DNA of 64,000 nt from the NCBI RefSeq assembly GCF_003918875.1, contig NW_025767286.1:434001-498000 (forward strand), given 5' to 3'. This DNA is from Haliotis rubra. Lineage: Eukaryota. A model generated the notes under the pieces. It was not told the origin of the DNA and did no database searches. It worked only from the letters and a program-made list of their open reading frames with translations. Positions 47,926 to 62,681 of the stretch are shown here, piece after piece. The position numbers were made by a program, and so were the translations under genes. Positions within the stretch are counted from its first letter, which is position 1; each line of letters begins with the position of its first letter.

Positions 47926-49927
47926 TCAAACTTTGGCATGCGGAGTATGACGTAAATCAGTCAACACGAGCTGACATTTGTCCACCAATATTAACTCGAG
48001 TTATTCCTTGGTCAACACAGCTTGACCACAAGCAGTACCAGTGTACGGGGTTACATCAGGAAGAGTTTCAACAGACATAACCGGCCATAATAGAATATGC
48101 AATACACTACGGTTATATTGACCTCAAAGGGACCACTGATTTTAGTTGTTTTGCTTTTAGAAAGCTTGTGTCTTGAAAGAGCAGTCGGATCCTTGCGTAT
48201 ATAGCGTCACGTGACATCATTTGGATATGCATGTAATATACATGCGGTCACGATGCATATTTTTCAAGGAGGTCTTTAAGATTACGTGAAGGTATTGTTT
48301 GACAAACCGCTCTTTGGAATAAGACATTGCTTTGAGGTCGATAATAACGAGATCTGAAAATGATTGAGATTGACGCGGCAAAAAGCAATATATTACAGCA
48401 CAGCAGAGATTGTGTGAGTGAGTGAGTGAGTTTGGTTTCACATCCCTTGTAAACTTTGTGTCGAAATGAATATGGTTTCACGCCAATTTTGGCAATATTC
48501 TAGCAATATCACTGAAGTGGACACCTGAAATCGGCGTCACAAATTATACCCATTTTGAGAATCGAACCCCGGTTCGGGTCGAGAAGAGCTAACACTCCAA
48601 CCACTAGGCTACCCCATCGCCTCCTTGGTGTGGGTGGAAAGACACGACTGATGCAGGTCTTTTACCACATAAACATAATCAGCGGAATGTTGGTTTCGAA
48701 CTTACGATCATAGGTTCCTTGGATGTTCAAGGGACGCAACTCTGCACGGCAAATAGCAGCGCCCTAGACGACTGGGCAAACAGTGTCCCACTAAAATATG
48801 ACGGTGTTAAAACTGCAGGTGTCAAACAATTATCGCTCACTCACATGGGACGTTCATGACTTTCATTTCATCCCGAGAAACAGTTGAACTGCTGTTGGCG
48901 ACCTAGTGACGAATCACCACTCCGGAATAAACAATAGTCCCACTTCTCCCTCCCCTTTGTTGATGTAGATGAGGGATGTGGACTTAAAGCGATGTGATGG
49001 AACAGGCGGAGCAGATATTGTGGATGCTCTGTCAAATGCTGCATGGTCAGGGACGGGCTTTCTTCTGGGAGAGATGCGAGTGATGACGAATGGCAGAGGG
49101 AGCAGACGATATTTTGTTGGAACGTGAGAAGAAGTCATGGTTCACTATGATGGATTGAAAAACGCACAACAGGCAATTATTACAAACAATGTACATCTGG
49201 CGTCGACATGTTTACGGTGCTGGGGTGTTTAATATATTCTGAATATTTAAACAGGCTTTGTTCACCCACAACTCTTCGAACTCACACGACAGAATAGTAG
49301 AAACGTTTGATCGGCAATTCTAGAGTAAGTTAGGTTTTACGCCGCTTTTAGCAATATTCCAGCAATATCACGGCGGGGAACACCAGCAATGGGCTTCACA
49401 CATTGTATCCATGTGGGGAATAAAACCCGGGTCTTCGGCGTGACGAGCGAACGCTTAACCGGGGCTACCCTACCATCCCCTGGCATTCTGGAAGTTGGTG
49501 AGTCAGTAATGAAGCCTACAACTTTAAGGATGACAACTTCTTGATTATTGCATAGAGCCGGGTAGGAGTAGGTCCCCAGGGTGATGAAAACGACGGGGTG
49601 GTTACACTCGGTGACTTGGAACGACTCTCGCCGTACCTGGCGGCGTGGCAACTTGTTCATACTATCAACCACTAGGTTGTCTGCTCCAGTCTCGCGTATT
49701 GCCAAGGTCATATAGCGATGGGTGTTGTTGAATATGGCGTTAAACAACAAATAACACATCGTATTAATACTCTCGGTTCTTACTAAGTATAGAACAACAT
49801 AACCGCTCCAAGAGTTCATGTCAACAGAGACAAATTTAATTTAGATGTCATACAAACAGAAGTAGTTGCACATATGTACATCTGGTCTTGATATTTCTTC
49901 GTCCTTGACTCCACTCATCGACAATAC

Positions 49928-51420
49928 TACACTCTTCAATATAAAAAACCCGCTTTTTCAGCAGTTCATTCGACAGCAATCGTCATTAAGACAATTCCTG
50001 TGTTGAAATCCCTTTAATCATGTCGTGGTTGTGTATTGAGCGCAAACGCATCCCAAAATATGTTTGTAAATGTTTTTCAAAACAAATGAATACGATACAT
50101 GAAAAGTGCATGCAGAAACGATTTTCCACGTAATGCACGTGCAATGTGTCGGAAACAAGAGTAGAGACATCGAGCCTAAACAAATTCATCATTTCTTTAC
50201 GAAATTTACGACGTAAACGCAGATAAAAAAATGGCCAAGATGGAATGCTACTGAACGAAATATCGCCATTGGACGTTTGGAGGCAGGAGAGTCCCAGTCT
50301 GCAAGACACTTCAACGTCCACCACAGCACCATATCTCAATTATGACATAGATATACCCGCTTCAATTCGACCCTAGATCGTCCCAAAAGTGGAACACCAA
50401 GAGTGACCACACCTGCTCAGGACCGATTCATCCGGGTGTTTAACCTACGTCACCGATTTGCTACAGCAACGGACACTGCAGGACAGGTGCCTGGTCCTCG
50501 AAGAATTTCCGACCAAACCATCGTCTGATAGAAGTGGGAATTCGAGCATATCGACCCAAAGTTGGACCTGTCCTGACACGACTACACCAACAACCACGTG
50601 TCCAATGGTGCAACAGGGTACAGGCATGGAACCTGGGGAACGCATAGAACGCGTTTGGTTCAGCGATGAATCGCGTTTCCTCCTGCAACGACGGGATTGG
50701 AGACAGCGTGTCTATCGACGCCAACACAAACGTTATGCGCCGAACTGCGTTCGACAGGTGGACAGATTTGGTGGAGAAGGGTCATGGTGTAGGGAGTCAT
50801 GTCTTACACGGTTAGATCAGAGATAGTGGTGGTTCAAGGCAATCTTACAGCAAATCGCTATATCGACCAAATCCTGCGACCTCACCCTCTCCCATTTTTA
50901 ACCGCCATGGCAGAGCGAGCTGTTTCAACACGACAAGGCTCGACCCCACACAGCTCGTGTAACAGGTGTCTATCTCGCCTATACAAACATCAATGTCCTT
51001 CAACGGCCTTCCAAATCGCCTGATCTGAACCCGATCATCTATGGGACGAAATTGATCGAGGTGTCCATAAACATCACCATCGTCCTCAGACACTTGCAGA
51101 ACTTGCCAACGCGTTGCAGGAGGAATGGCGAAGAATTCTTCAAGCAAAGATCCGACGACTTGTGCAATCCGTTCCAAGGCGGTGTCGAGCAGTGACGGCT
51201 GCAAGGGGTGATGTCACCAGGTACCGACCTGAACGCCCCCTTGTGTCCACACATGTGCAGTGAGTGGACTGAATTAATGCTGACAATGACAACAATACAT
51301 ATCTTCGTGTGTTGAATTTCCTTCATCTGTGTTCAAGCTTAATCGACGTATTTACGCTTAAGAAGGTAAAATCCTTTTTTCTTAATTTTGGCCTATGCGT
51401 TTCTTTTTTTAAACAGTATA
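49928..51420 (+). mobile_element. Tc1-family (DD34E) transposon, transposase pseudogene
   Basis: ATG at ~50231 (..ERNIAIGRLEAGESQ..), WFSDESRF, FQHDKARPH and PSKSPDLNP with frameshifts; degenerate TIRs bounded by TA. Confidence 0.88.
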
Positions 51421-53002
51421 TCTGGTAGAAAACTGCATTTTGAACTTATTTACCTCAGACTAATCGTTTATTGGCTATACCACTAGGTTTATTCTTCGCA
51501 GATTCCACGACATATTTAGGTTTGTAGTACATGTATTATGTCTTTGAGTGAAAGCCAGTGCCTTTATTCCATGTCCTGCTTGTCCGTAAATGTTTCACGC
51601 GTCAGCGGGCATCTTATTGTTAGCTACCTGAGGGAAGTTGACCTGTACCATAAATTGTAACTAAATATATGTAATGTGAATGGCGGATTGCTTGCTTTTG
51701 ATTTGGTGCTATGACTTTTTTCTGTTTGTAGATAATAGTGTAATAATTATATAGTTAAAAAAAATCGTTTTGACTTTGTATTCAAATTGTGTTTGAATTC
51801 AGATTTGATCTAGTCATTATATGGCTGGAATAATGCCGATGTGACGTAAAACCCAACTCAACTCAACTCTTGTCCGTGAATGACCACCATGGTCTGAAAA
51901 CAATTGAAGCTGAGCTTGGCATTTATTATACCAAGCAATCGAACTCCGAAATACATCCAATATAGAGTGCGTGTAGTTTGTAAAACGGCTCAGTGTGTTA
52001 GAGCCGTTTTGGTGGTGTTTTGAATATTTACCTTGCATTGACCTTTGATCGTGCCCTTAGATTCTTTAAGAATATTTCTAGGTATTTTCATTAATTCCAC
52101 TTCTGAAAGTGACATTAGACATACAGATTATTCCAGTGAAGACATCAGTTGGTTTAAAACGTTGTTATTTCACATAACGTACATTTTTAGTTATAAAGGA
52201 TGTTTAATAATCTTAATAAAGGCTAAATTCTATAGATCACAGTGGCTAAGGAAACTGAAATGTTGCATGAAGATTACGGTCGTGAGGAGACTCAGATTTG
52301 TTCCAAGCATCGTAATCGGCCGTCAGCTTGGGAGATTTGTGGGCGGCGGGTAGCCTGGTGGGTAAAGCGTTCACTCGTCGCGCCGAAGACCCGGGTTCGA
52401 TTCCCTGCATGGTTATGATGTCTGAAGCCCATTTGTGGTGATCCCCGTCGTGTTGTTGTTGTAATATTGGTAAAAGCGGCGTAAAACCCCGCTCACTGAC
52501 TAATGTAGGACAAAGCCCAAGAAAAGGCAGGTCGTAGACCTCGTCGCCGCAGCCAAAACCCATGAGCACGTCTGTCACAACAAGCACCGTCACCGGTAAC
52601 CAAGGAGCATGCCACGTGATAATGAAATATCATTTCTCTTAAAGAATGTCCTTGGCAATGTTAATCTGACCGTTGTTGCAAGCATACATTTCATGAAATT
52701 ACAAACCGGTGTTTATTGAAACAGCCAACTGTAAATATACACTGTTGACGTCTATCACAGGGCCCGCTTTGTTGTAAGATATATCTGATTCCGTTACGTT
52801 TGTGACACATCATGCTACAGCTGGTGGAGGTTTTCAAGCCTGGTGTTGAATGTTTCTTTTTCTGGTCCCGTATACACAGAGAAGTACCTGTTACATAAAA
52901 CATGTTTCCGCCCAGAGAAGCAGAAAGCTCGAACATGTAGAACTAAATTTGTAGACCTACAGTACCGTGGGACCCCAAAACGTAACATGGAGACTTTAAT
53001 CA

Positions 53003-53361
53003 GTGAGGTGAAATTGGGTTTAACGTCGTGTTTGAGAATATTTCGCTGATATGACGACGTGCATGCGTGTGTATGTGTATGTGTATGTGCGGCTGCTTGT
53101 ACTAGCCCAGACTGAAGCTGGTTTTATAGTGCTAGCTCACTGAGATACCATGCCGCAGTGAAGCATGAATACCCCACTCAGACACATTATACTGACTCCA
53201 AGCCGACCAGTCCTTGTTGTACTTATTAATGCCGAGCGCCAGGCAGGGACCAACAAGTACCATATTTTAACTTCTCTTGGTATGACACGGTCGGGGATCG
53301 AACCCGCGACCTTATTCGCTCTCCGGGCGGAAGCTCTAACCACTACACCACGGAGGCGGTC
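53003..53361 (-). mobile_element. Family C V-domain SINE (paralog at 60476-60834)
   Basis: Full-length match to 34535-34902. Confidence 0.9.
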
Positions 53362-53714
53362 CTTAAGTCAGTGTAGACAGTGGGACCCGGAGTACCTTGG
53401 GATCCCTAAGGGATGTGGGTTTTGGATATCGGGACTTGTCTGTACTTTAGCATATCAAACGTATGTCAGGTTAGGTTGTGGGTGTCTAGTGTCCCTGAAA
53501 ATTCCATTGGATTATAACGTGTGATATTATTACTTTATCTATCTCCTACATCTTAGAGACTAAAATTCAAAAAGAATTTCAACTCAGGTGTAGATTGACG
53601 GAATGGCTTTGCAGGTCTAGTCTGCCCTAAACCTGAATTTGAGAATTGTTCTGGACTCTTTTGGGATTTTATATATATTTGCATCTTGGGGTCTCACACC
53701 AATGTGTACTGGGA

Positions 53715-54730
53715 ACAGTACCTTGTGATCTCACGGGGATATCAGCTTGAGGTACTTGGGACCTACAGTACCTTGTGATCTCACAGGGATATCAGCTTGA
53801 GGTACTTGGGACCTACAGTACCTTGTGATCTCACAGGGATATCAGCTTGAGGTACTTGGGACCTACAGTACCTTGTGATCACACAGGGATATCAGCTTTA
53901 GGTACTTGGGACCTACAGTACCTTGTGATCTCACAGAGATATCAGTTTGAGGTACTTGGGACCTACAGTACCTTGTGATCTCACAGGGATATCAGCTTGA
54001 GGTACTTGGGACCTACAGTGCCTTGTGATCTCACAGGGATATCAGCTTGAGGTACTTGGGACCTACAGTACCTTGTGATCTCACAGGGATATCAGTTTGA
54101 GGTACTTGGGACCTACAGTACCTTGTGATCTCACAGGGATATCAGCTTGAGGTACTTGGGACCTACAGTACCTTGTGATCTCACGGGGACATCAGCTTGA
54201 GGTACTTGGGACCTACAGTACCTTGTGATCTCACGGGGATATCAGCTTGAGGTACTTGGAACCTACAGTACCTTGTGATCACACAGGGATATCAGTTTGA
54301 GGTACTTGGGACCTACAGTACCTTGTGATCTCACAGGGATATCAGCTTGAGGTACTTGGGACCTACAGTACCTTGTGATCTCACGGGGACATCAGCTTGA
54401 GGTACTTGGGACCTACAGTACCTCGTGATCTCACGGGGATATCAGCTTGAGGTACTTGGGACCTACAGTACCTCGTGATCTCACAGGGATATCAGCTTGA
54501 GGTACTTGGAACCTACAGTACCTTGTGATCACACAGGGATATCAGCTTGGGATACATGGGACCTAGGGTTCCTTGTGATCTCACAGGGATATCAGCTTGG
54601 GGTGCTGGGTACTGCAGTACCTTGGGATCTCGCATGGACATCAGCTTGGGATACATCAGACCTATAGGGTTCCTTCGGATCTGACAGGGATATCAGCTTG
54701 GGGTACTTGGGACCTTGGGATCTGACAGGG
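53715..54730. repeat. 50-bp palindromic minisatellite (~17 regular plus degenerate units)
   Basis: Unit CAGTACCTTGTGATCTCACAGGGATATCAGCTTGAGGTACTTGGGACCTA. Confidence 0.95.
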
Positions 54731-55441
54731 ACACGGGAGAGGTAGGCCACGCTTTGATCCATCTCCATTCGAATACAGTGCTTTACTGGATTTAAGCATA
54801 TGATTCTGTAGACATATCTCTCAATAAAAAATAGTATAATCTATACAGGAATCCTTACCATGTGTATACAAATACTGGACCATACAGGATTTCGCAATAA
54901 CTATGATACTGTGTTACATGTAGTCGTATTTGATCAGGGTGTGAGAAATCTCACGGTTCTCGAGTGAGGTGTGTAAGTACACACTGCCTGTGTCGCCTCC
55001 CGTGTTTGTTTCCCACTTGACGAATGTCTGCATGGTGAAAACATGACACACCTGAGTGGCGTGACTGATGCCGTCTCACAGTGCAGATATGAGTATCGTA
55101 CACACTCGGGGTATTGTTTACTCGGGAGGATAGGCTAGTCACACCAACTGACAAGTCATCAGACCCTTTAACAGATGTATAAAGTAGCGGCTCTGGCGTC
55201 TGACGTCATGCACTGAGGATCACCTCTGTTCTAAACACGCTTAGTGTAGCATTATTTACAAAAGATGTTAACCCATTAGAACCCATTGGTTTGTTGTTTA
55301 ACGCAATATTCCAGCTATATGGCGACGATATGTAAATAATTGAGTCTGGACTACACAATCCAGGGGTCACCAGACAATCCAGTGATCAACAGCGTGAGCA
55401 TCGATCTACGCAATTGGGATACGATGACATGTGTCAACCAG

Positions 55442-55548
55442 GGCCTAGATTTTCGAAGCTCTCTTAGCGCTAAGATAGTCGTAAGTGCCATACATTAACA
55501 TTAACTTACGACTATCTTAGCGCTGAGAGAGCTTCGAAAATCTAGGCC
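55442..55548. mobile_element. Hairpin MITE with CAG TSD
   Basis: Near-perfect palindrome GGCCTAGATTTTCGAAGCTCTC...GAGAGCTTCGAAAATCTAGGCC flanked by CAG. Confidence 0.88.
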
Positions 55549-56376
55549 CAGGTCAGTGACCTGACCACCCGATCCCGTACGACAAGCATGTGCTGCTGAA
55601 GACCAATTCTAACCCGGATGTTCAAGGGTGTCACGTAAAAGGACATCTGGTGCGGAGCAAATGGGTTAAAGAGATATCGTAACATGCAGGTGCGCGTAGC
55701 TGTTTGTACTTGTGGGGATTACTGCCAGTTTAACCGTGCTGGCCATGAGATACCATGCAGCAGGTTAACATGGACACCAGACATGGTATACCGACTCCGT
55801 TCGGGGCGGGCCTTGTTTTAACCCGACCCCCAGGCAGGGTAACAACCGTGCTAACATTTCACGCTGTCAGAACGTAATGCTTTCGTTGTTACAACGTTAT
55901 TCTGTGGACTCCCATTTACGTTGTCACAATTAACGTTGTGATCTGACGTTGTGATACGCCATTTTTACGTCGCCAAAGGTTAAGTGATTTGATGCTAACG
56001 TATTTTGCGTTGTTCTACTAGTATTTAACGTTAATAGTGGAATAGTTTTTCCAGCAGTGAACAGTACATAAGAAACAAAGCAGAAATTCACTTCAATGTT
56101 TATTCGTCAATTTGTATGTTGTTTTGGTCGTGTGTCTTCTGAAGCTGTAGCTGAATAGTGAAGACAGAATCTGAAAGTGAAAAGTGTTACAGAAAACTAT
56201 CGTGACACCAAGTTATAAGAAAACGTTGTGAGGAGCCCAAAGCATAACGTTTCCTCAACGTAAATATGCAACGTTTCTATTACGTTGTGACATAACGTTA
56301 TAAAATGACGTAATACTAACGTTGCGACAACGTTGCGTTTCCCACAACTTTGCGAAAACGTCGTGTGTTAGTATAC

Positions 56377-56646
56377 GTTAGCACCCTCCTCAGGGTGATC
56401 TGGATTTCAACGCTCGAGCCGTCAGGCGAGAGCGTTGAATCCATATCACCCGCAGAGGGGGGGTGCTAACCTACTTATACCACATGGGCGCCGAATGGAC
56501 TCGTACATTGCTTGTTGCACGTGTGTTTCCTGCACCGCCAAGGTTGTTATCCACATATCAACCTCTGCACACGTGCAGATAGAAGGTTGATACACAGAAA
56601 ATCAACCTGCCAGAACAATGGACATAACATACCCTAGTGGTATAAG
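56377..56646. mobile_element. Non-autonomous element with terminal long hairpin plus internal inverted repeats (possibly Crypton-like), nested in an AACGTT-rich MITE (~55848-56651)
   Basis: Hairpin 56377-56470 with a gccgtcaggc apex; CTTATACCAC / GTGGTATAAG inverted repeats. Confidence 0.5.
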
Positions 56647-57587
56647 CTGGGAATAAATACCCTTTCGATGTGACGCGGCCAAAGGTTTAGTCTGTTATGT
56701 GCGCCCAGAAACAAATCTATCCGATGCACCCGACTGCAAGTCTATAATGGTTGGCAAGTCTAGTATAATAGATTACTGCAGTTTCTGGGGAAAAAAGAAA
56801 GCCTCTGGGCTCCTTTTTATTACTCTTTATTAGATATTGTAAAAAGGGTGTCTTGTAAAATAAGTTTATTTCTATGAGGATATGTTAGTCTTCGAGAGGC
56901 TGAAATATTTAAACAGGCTTTGTTCACCCACAACTCTTCGAACTCACACGACAGAATAGTAGAAACGTTTGATCGGCAATTCTAGAGTGAGTAAGTTAGG
57001 TTTTACGCCGCTTTTAGCAATATTCCAGCAATATCACGGCGGGGAACACCAGCAATGGGCTTCACACATTGTATCCATGTGGGTCTTCCAGGTCTTCGGC
57101 GTGACGAGCGAACGCTTAACCGGGGCTACCCTACCACCCCTGGCATTCTGGAAGTTGGTGAGTCAGTAATGAAGCCTACAACTTTAAGGGTGACAACTTC
57201 TTGATTATTGCATAGAGCCGGGTTAGAGTAGGTCCCGAGGTACCCAAGGTGATGAAAACGACGGGGTGGTTACACTCGGTGACTTGGAACGACTCTCGCC
57301 GTACTTTGGCGGCATGGGAGCTTGTTCATACCAACAACCACTAGGTTGTCTGCTCCAGTCTCTCGTATTGCCAAGGTCATATAGCGATGGGTGTTGTTGA
57401 ATATGGCGTTAAACAACAAACAACACAAACACATCGTTATAATACTCTCGGTTCTTACTAAAGATAGAACAACATAACCGCTCATGTCAAAAGAGACAAA
57501 TTTAATTTCGATGTCATACAAACAGAAGTAGTTGCACATATGTACATCTGGTCTTGAAATTTCTTTGACTCCACTCATGGACAATAC

Positions 57588-58845
57588 TACACTCTTCAAT
57601 AAAAAAACCCCGCTTTTTCAGCAGTTCATTTCGACAGCAATCGTCATTAAGACAATTCCTGTGTTCAAATCCCTTTAATCATGTCGTGGTTGTGTATTGA
57701 GCGCAAACGCATCCCAAAATATGTTTGTAAATGTTTTTTAAAACAAATGAATACGATACATGAAAAGTGCATGCAGAAAAGATTTTCCACGTAATGCACG
57801 TGCAATGTGTTGGAAACAAGAGTAGAGACATCGAACCAAACCAAATTCATCATTTCTTTACGAAATTTACGACGTAAACGCAGATAAAAAAGGCCAAGAT
57901 AGAATACTACTGAACGAAATATCGCCATTGGACGTTTTGAGGCAGGAGAGTCCCAGTCTGCAAGACACTTCAACGTCCACCACAACACCATATCTCAATT
58001 ATGACATAGATATACCCGCTTCAATTCGACCCTAGATCGCCCCAAAAGGGGAACACCAAGAGTGACCACACCTGCTCAGGACCGATTCATCCGGGTGTTT
58101 AACCTACGTCACCGATTTGCTACAGCAACGGACACTATAGGACAGGTGCCTCTTCCTCGAAGAATTTCCGACCAAACCATCGTCTGAGAGAAGTGGGAAT
58201 TCGAGCATATCGACCAAAAGTTGGACCTGCCCTGACACGACTACACCGACAGCGACGTGTCCAATGGTGCAACAGGGTACAGGCATGGAACCTGGGGAAC
58301 GCATAGAACGCGTTTGGTTCAGCGATGAATCGCGTTTCCTCCTGCAACGACGGGATTGGAGACAGCGTGTCTATCGACGCCAACACAAACGTTTTGCGCC
58401 GAACTGCGTTCGACAGGTGGACAGATTTGGTGGAGAAGGGTCATGGTGTAGGGAGTCATGTCTTACACGGTTAGATCAGAGATAGTGGTGGTTCAAAGCA
58501 ATCTTACAGCAAATCGCTATATCGACCAAATCCTGCGACCTCACCCTCTCCCATTTTTAACCGCCATGGCAGAGCGAGCTGTTTCAACACGACAAGGCTC
58601 GAACCCACACAGCTCGTGTAACAGGTGTGTATCTCGTCTATACAAACATCAATGTCCTTCCCCGGCCTTCCAAATCGCCTGATCTGAACCCGATCATCTA
58701 TGGGAAGAAATTGATCGAGGTATCCATAAACATCACCATCGTCCACAGACACTTGCAGAACTTGCCAACGCGTTGCAGGAGGAATGGCGAAGGTTAAATA
58801 CATTTTCTTATTTGGGGCCTATGCGTTTCTTTTTTTTAACAGTAT
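57588..58845 (+). mobile_element. Duplicated Tc1 copy with ~230-bp 3' internal deletion
   Basis: Paralog of 49928-51420; the segment equivalent to ~51134-51364 is missing, joined at a GAAG microhomology. Confidence 0.88.
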
Positions 58846-61267
58846 ATCTGGTAGAAAACTGCATTTTGAACTTATTTACCTCAGACTAATCGTTTGTTGG
58901 CTATACCACTACGTTTATTCTTCGCAGATTCCACGACATATTTAGGTTTTTAGGAAAGCAGTATTTGTAGTATTATGTCTTTGAGTGAAAGCCAATGCTC
59001 TTATTCCATGTCCTGCTTGTCCGTAAATGTTTCACGCGTCAGCGGGCATCTCATTGTTAGCTACCTGAGGGAAGTTGACCTGTACCATAAATTGTAACTA
59101 AATATATGTAATGTGATTTCTTGCTTTTGATTTGGTGCTATGACCTTTTTCTGTTTGTAGATAATAGTGTAATAATTATATAGTTTAAATAAATAATCTT
59201 TTTGACTTTGTATTTAAATTGTGTTTGAATTCAGATTTCATCTAGTCATTATATGGCTGGAATAATGCCGATGTGACGTAAAACCCAACTCAACTCAACT
59301 CTTGTCCGTGAATGGCCACCATGGTCTGAAAACAATTGAAGCTGAGCTTGGCATTTATTATACCAAGCAATCGAACTCCGAAATACATCCAATATAGAAT
59401 GCGTGTAGTTTGTAATACGGCTCAGTGTGTTAGTGCCGTTACGGTGGTGTTTTGAATATTTACCTTGAATTGACCTTTGATCGTGCCCTTAGATTCTCTA
59501 AGAATATTTCTAGGTATTTTCATTAATTCATCTTCTGAAAGTGACATTAGACATACAGATTATTCCAGTGAAGACATCAGTTGGTTTAAAACGTTGTTAT
59601 TTCACATTACGTACATTTTTAGTTATAAAGGATGTTGAATAATCTTAATAAAGGCTAAATTCTATAGAACCAAATGGCTAAGGAAGCTGAAATGTTGCAT
59701 GAAGATTACGGTCGTGAGGAGACTTAGATTTGTTCCAAGCATCGTAATCGGCCGTCAGCTTGACAGATTTGTGGGCGGCGGGTAGCCTGGTGGGTAAAGC
59801 GTTCACTCGTCGCGCCGAAGACCCGGGTTCGATTCCCTGCATGGTTGTGATGTCTGAAGCCCATTTGTGGTGATCCCCGTCTCCCTGCATGGTTATGATG
59901 TCTGAAGCCCATTTGTGGTGATCCCCGTCGTGATATTGTTGTAATATTGCTAAAAGCGGGGTAAAACCAGCTCACTCACTAATGTAGGACAAAGCCCAAG
60001 TAAAGGCAGTTCGTAGACCTCGTCGCCGCAGCCAAAACCCATGAGCACGTCTGTCAAAACAAGCACCGTCACCGGTAACCAAGGAGCATGCCACGTGATA
60101 ATGAATTATTATTTCCCTTAAAGAATGTTAATCTGACCGTTGTTGCAAGCATACATTTCATGAAATTACAAACCGGTGTTTATTGAAACAGCCAACTGTA
60201 AATATACACTGTTGACGTCTATCACAGGGCCCGCTTTGTTGTAAGATATATCTGATTCCGTTACGTTTGTGACACATCATGCTACAGCTGGTGGAGGTTT
60301 TCAAGCCTGGTGTTGAATATTTCTTTTTCTGGTCCTGTATACACAGAGAAGTACCTGTTACATAAAACATGTTTCCGCCCAGAGAAGCAGAAAGCTCGAA
60401 CATGTAGAACTAAATTTGTAGACCTACAGTAGGCCTACCGTGGGACCCCAAAACGTAGCATGGAGACTTAAATCAGTGAGGTGAAATTGGGTTTAACGTC
60501 GTGCTTGAGAATATTTCGCTCATATGACGACGTGCATGCGTGTGTATGTGTATGTGTATGTGCGGCTGCTTGTACTAGCCCAGACTGAAGCTGGTGTTAT
60601 AGTGCTAGCCCACGGAGATACCATGCCGCAGTGAAGCATGAATACCCCATTCAGACACATTATACTGACTCCAAGCCGACCAGTCCTTGTTGTACCCATT
60701 AATGCCGAGCGCCAGGAAGGGACCAACAAGTACCATATTTTAACGTCTTTTGGTATGACACGGCCGGGGATCGAACCCGCGACCTTATTCGCTCTCCGGG
60801 CGGACGCTCTAACCACTACACCACGGAGGCGGTCCTTAAATCAGTGTAGACAGTGGGGCCCGGGGTACCTTGGGATCCCTAAGGGATGTGGGTTTTGGAT
60901 ATCGGGACTTGTCTGTACTTTAGCATATCAAACGTATGTCAGATTAGGTAGTGAGTGCCTAGTGTCCCTTAAAATTCCATTGGATTATAACGTGTGAAAT
61001 TATTACTTTATCTATCTCCTACATATTAGAGAATAAAATTCAAAAAGGATTTCAACTCAGGTGTAGATTGACGGAATGGCTTTGCGGGTCTAGACTGCCC
61101 CAACCCTGACATTGAGAATTGTTCTGGACTCTTTGGGGATTTTATATACTGAGTCAAAAAAGAAACTTCACATTCTTTCTTCAGGGCACTATAAAAGAAC
61201 AAGAGATGGTAAGATGGGATTTTATATATATTTGCATCTTGGGTTCTCACATCAATGTGTACTGGGG

Positions 61268-61930
61268 ACAGTACCTTGTGATCTCATGGGGATATCAGCT
61301 TGAGGTACTTGGGACCTACAGTACCTTGTGATCTCACGGGGATATCAGCTTGAGGTACTTGGGACCTACAGTACCTTGTGATCTCACAGGGATATCAGCT
61401 TGAGGTACTTGAGACCTACAGTACCTTGTGATCTCACAGGGATATCAGCTTGAGGTACTTGGGACCTACAGTACCTTGTGATCTCACGGGGATGTCAGCT
61501 TTAGGTACTTGGGACCTACAGTACCTTGTGATCTCACAGGGATATCAGCTTGAGGTACTTGGGACCTACAGTACCTTGTGATCTCACAGGGATATCAGTT
61601 TGAGGTACTTGGGACCTACAGTACCTTGTGATCTTACAGGGATATCAGCTTTAGGTACTTGGGACCTACAGTACCTTGTGATCTCACAGGGATATCAGTT
61701 TGAGGTACTTGGGACCTACAGTACCCTGTGATCTTACAGGGATATCAGCTTTGGATACATGGGACCTAGGGTTTCTTGTGATCTCACGGGGATATCAGCT
61801 TTGGGTACTGGGTACTACAGTACCCTGGGATCTCACTGGCATAGCTTGGGGTACTTGGGATCTACGGCACCATAGGATCATCACAGAGATATCGGCTTGG
61901 GGTACTTGGGACCTTGGGATCTCACAGGGA
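61268..61930. repeat. 50-bp minisatellite, shorter paralogous array (~10 regular units)
   Basis: Same unit as 53715-54730. Confidence 0.95.
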
Positions 61931-62681
61931 CACGGGAGAGGTAGGCCACGCTTTGATCCATCTCTGCTGGAATACAGTGCTCTACTGGATTTAAGCATAT
62001 GATTCTGTAGACATATCTCTCAATAACAAATAGTATAATCTATACAGGAATCCTTACCGTGTGTATACAAATACTGGACCATACAGGATTTCTCAATAAT
62101 TATGATACTGTGTTAGTCGTATTTGATCAGGGTGTGAGAAATCTCACGGTTCTCGAGTGAGGTGTGTAAGTACACACTGCCTGTGTCGCCTCCCGTGTTT
62201 GTTTCCCACTTGACGGATGTCTGCATGGTGAAAACATGACACACCTGAGTGGCGTGACTGATGCCGTCTCACAGTGCAGATATGAGTATCGTACACACTC
62301 GGGGTATTGTTTACTCGGGAGGATAGGCTAGTCACATGTTAACTGACAAGTCATCAGACCCTTTAACAGATGTATAAAGTAGCAAGCTCTGGCGTCTGAC
62401 GTCATGCACCTGAGGATCACCTCTGTTCTAAAACACGCTTTAAAGTGTAGCATTATTTACACCAAAGATGTTAACCCATTAGAACATATGAAGCCCATTG
62501 CTGGTGTTCCCCAAGATATTGCTGGAATATTTGTTGTTTAACGCAATATTCCAGCTATATGGCGACGATATGTAAATAATTTAGTCTGGACTACACAATC
62601 CAGGGGTCACCAGACAATCCAGTGATCAACAGCGTGAGCATCGATCTACGCAATTGGGATACGATGACATGTGTCAACCAG

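Larger units (their letters stand above)
49242..56903 (+). repeat. Tandem segmental duplication, copy 1 (~7.66 kb)
   Basis: Colinear with 56904-64000 from aatatttaaacaggctttgttcacc onward; the window end matches 55913. Confidence 0.93.

Noticed and set aside
52691-52936. 81-aa Cys-rich ORF retained in both duplicates (60158..60403)
   Set aside because: Retention is expected at this low divergence; no recognisable motif or convincing splice structure.
53715-54730. Palindromic repeats resembling CRISPR direct repeats
   Set aside because: No variable spacers; the whole 50-bp unit is repeated.
3884-60834. All five well-preserved V-SINEs are on the minus strand
   Set aside because: Two are duplicates of each other; four independent events are compatible with chance.
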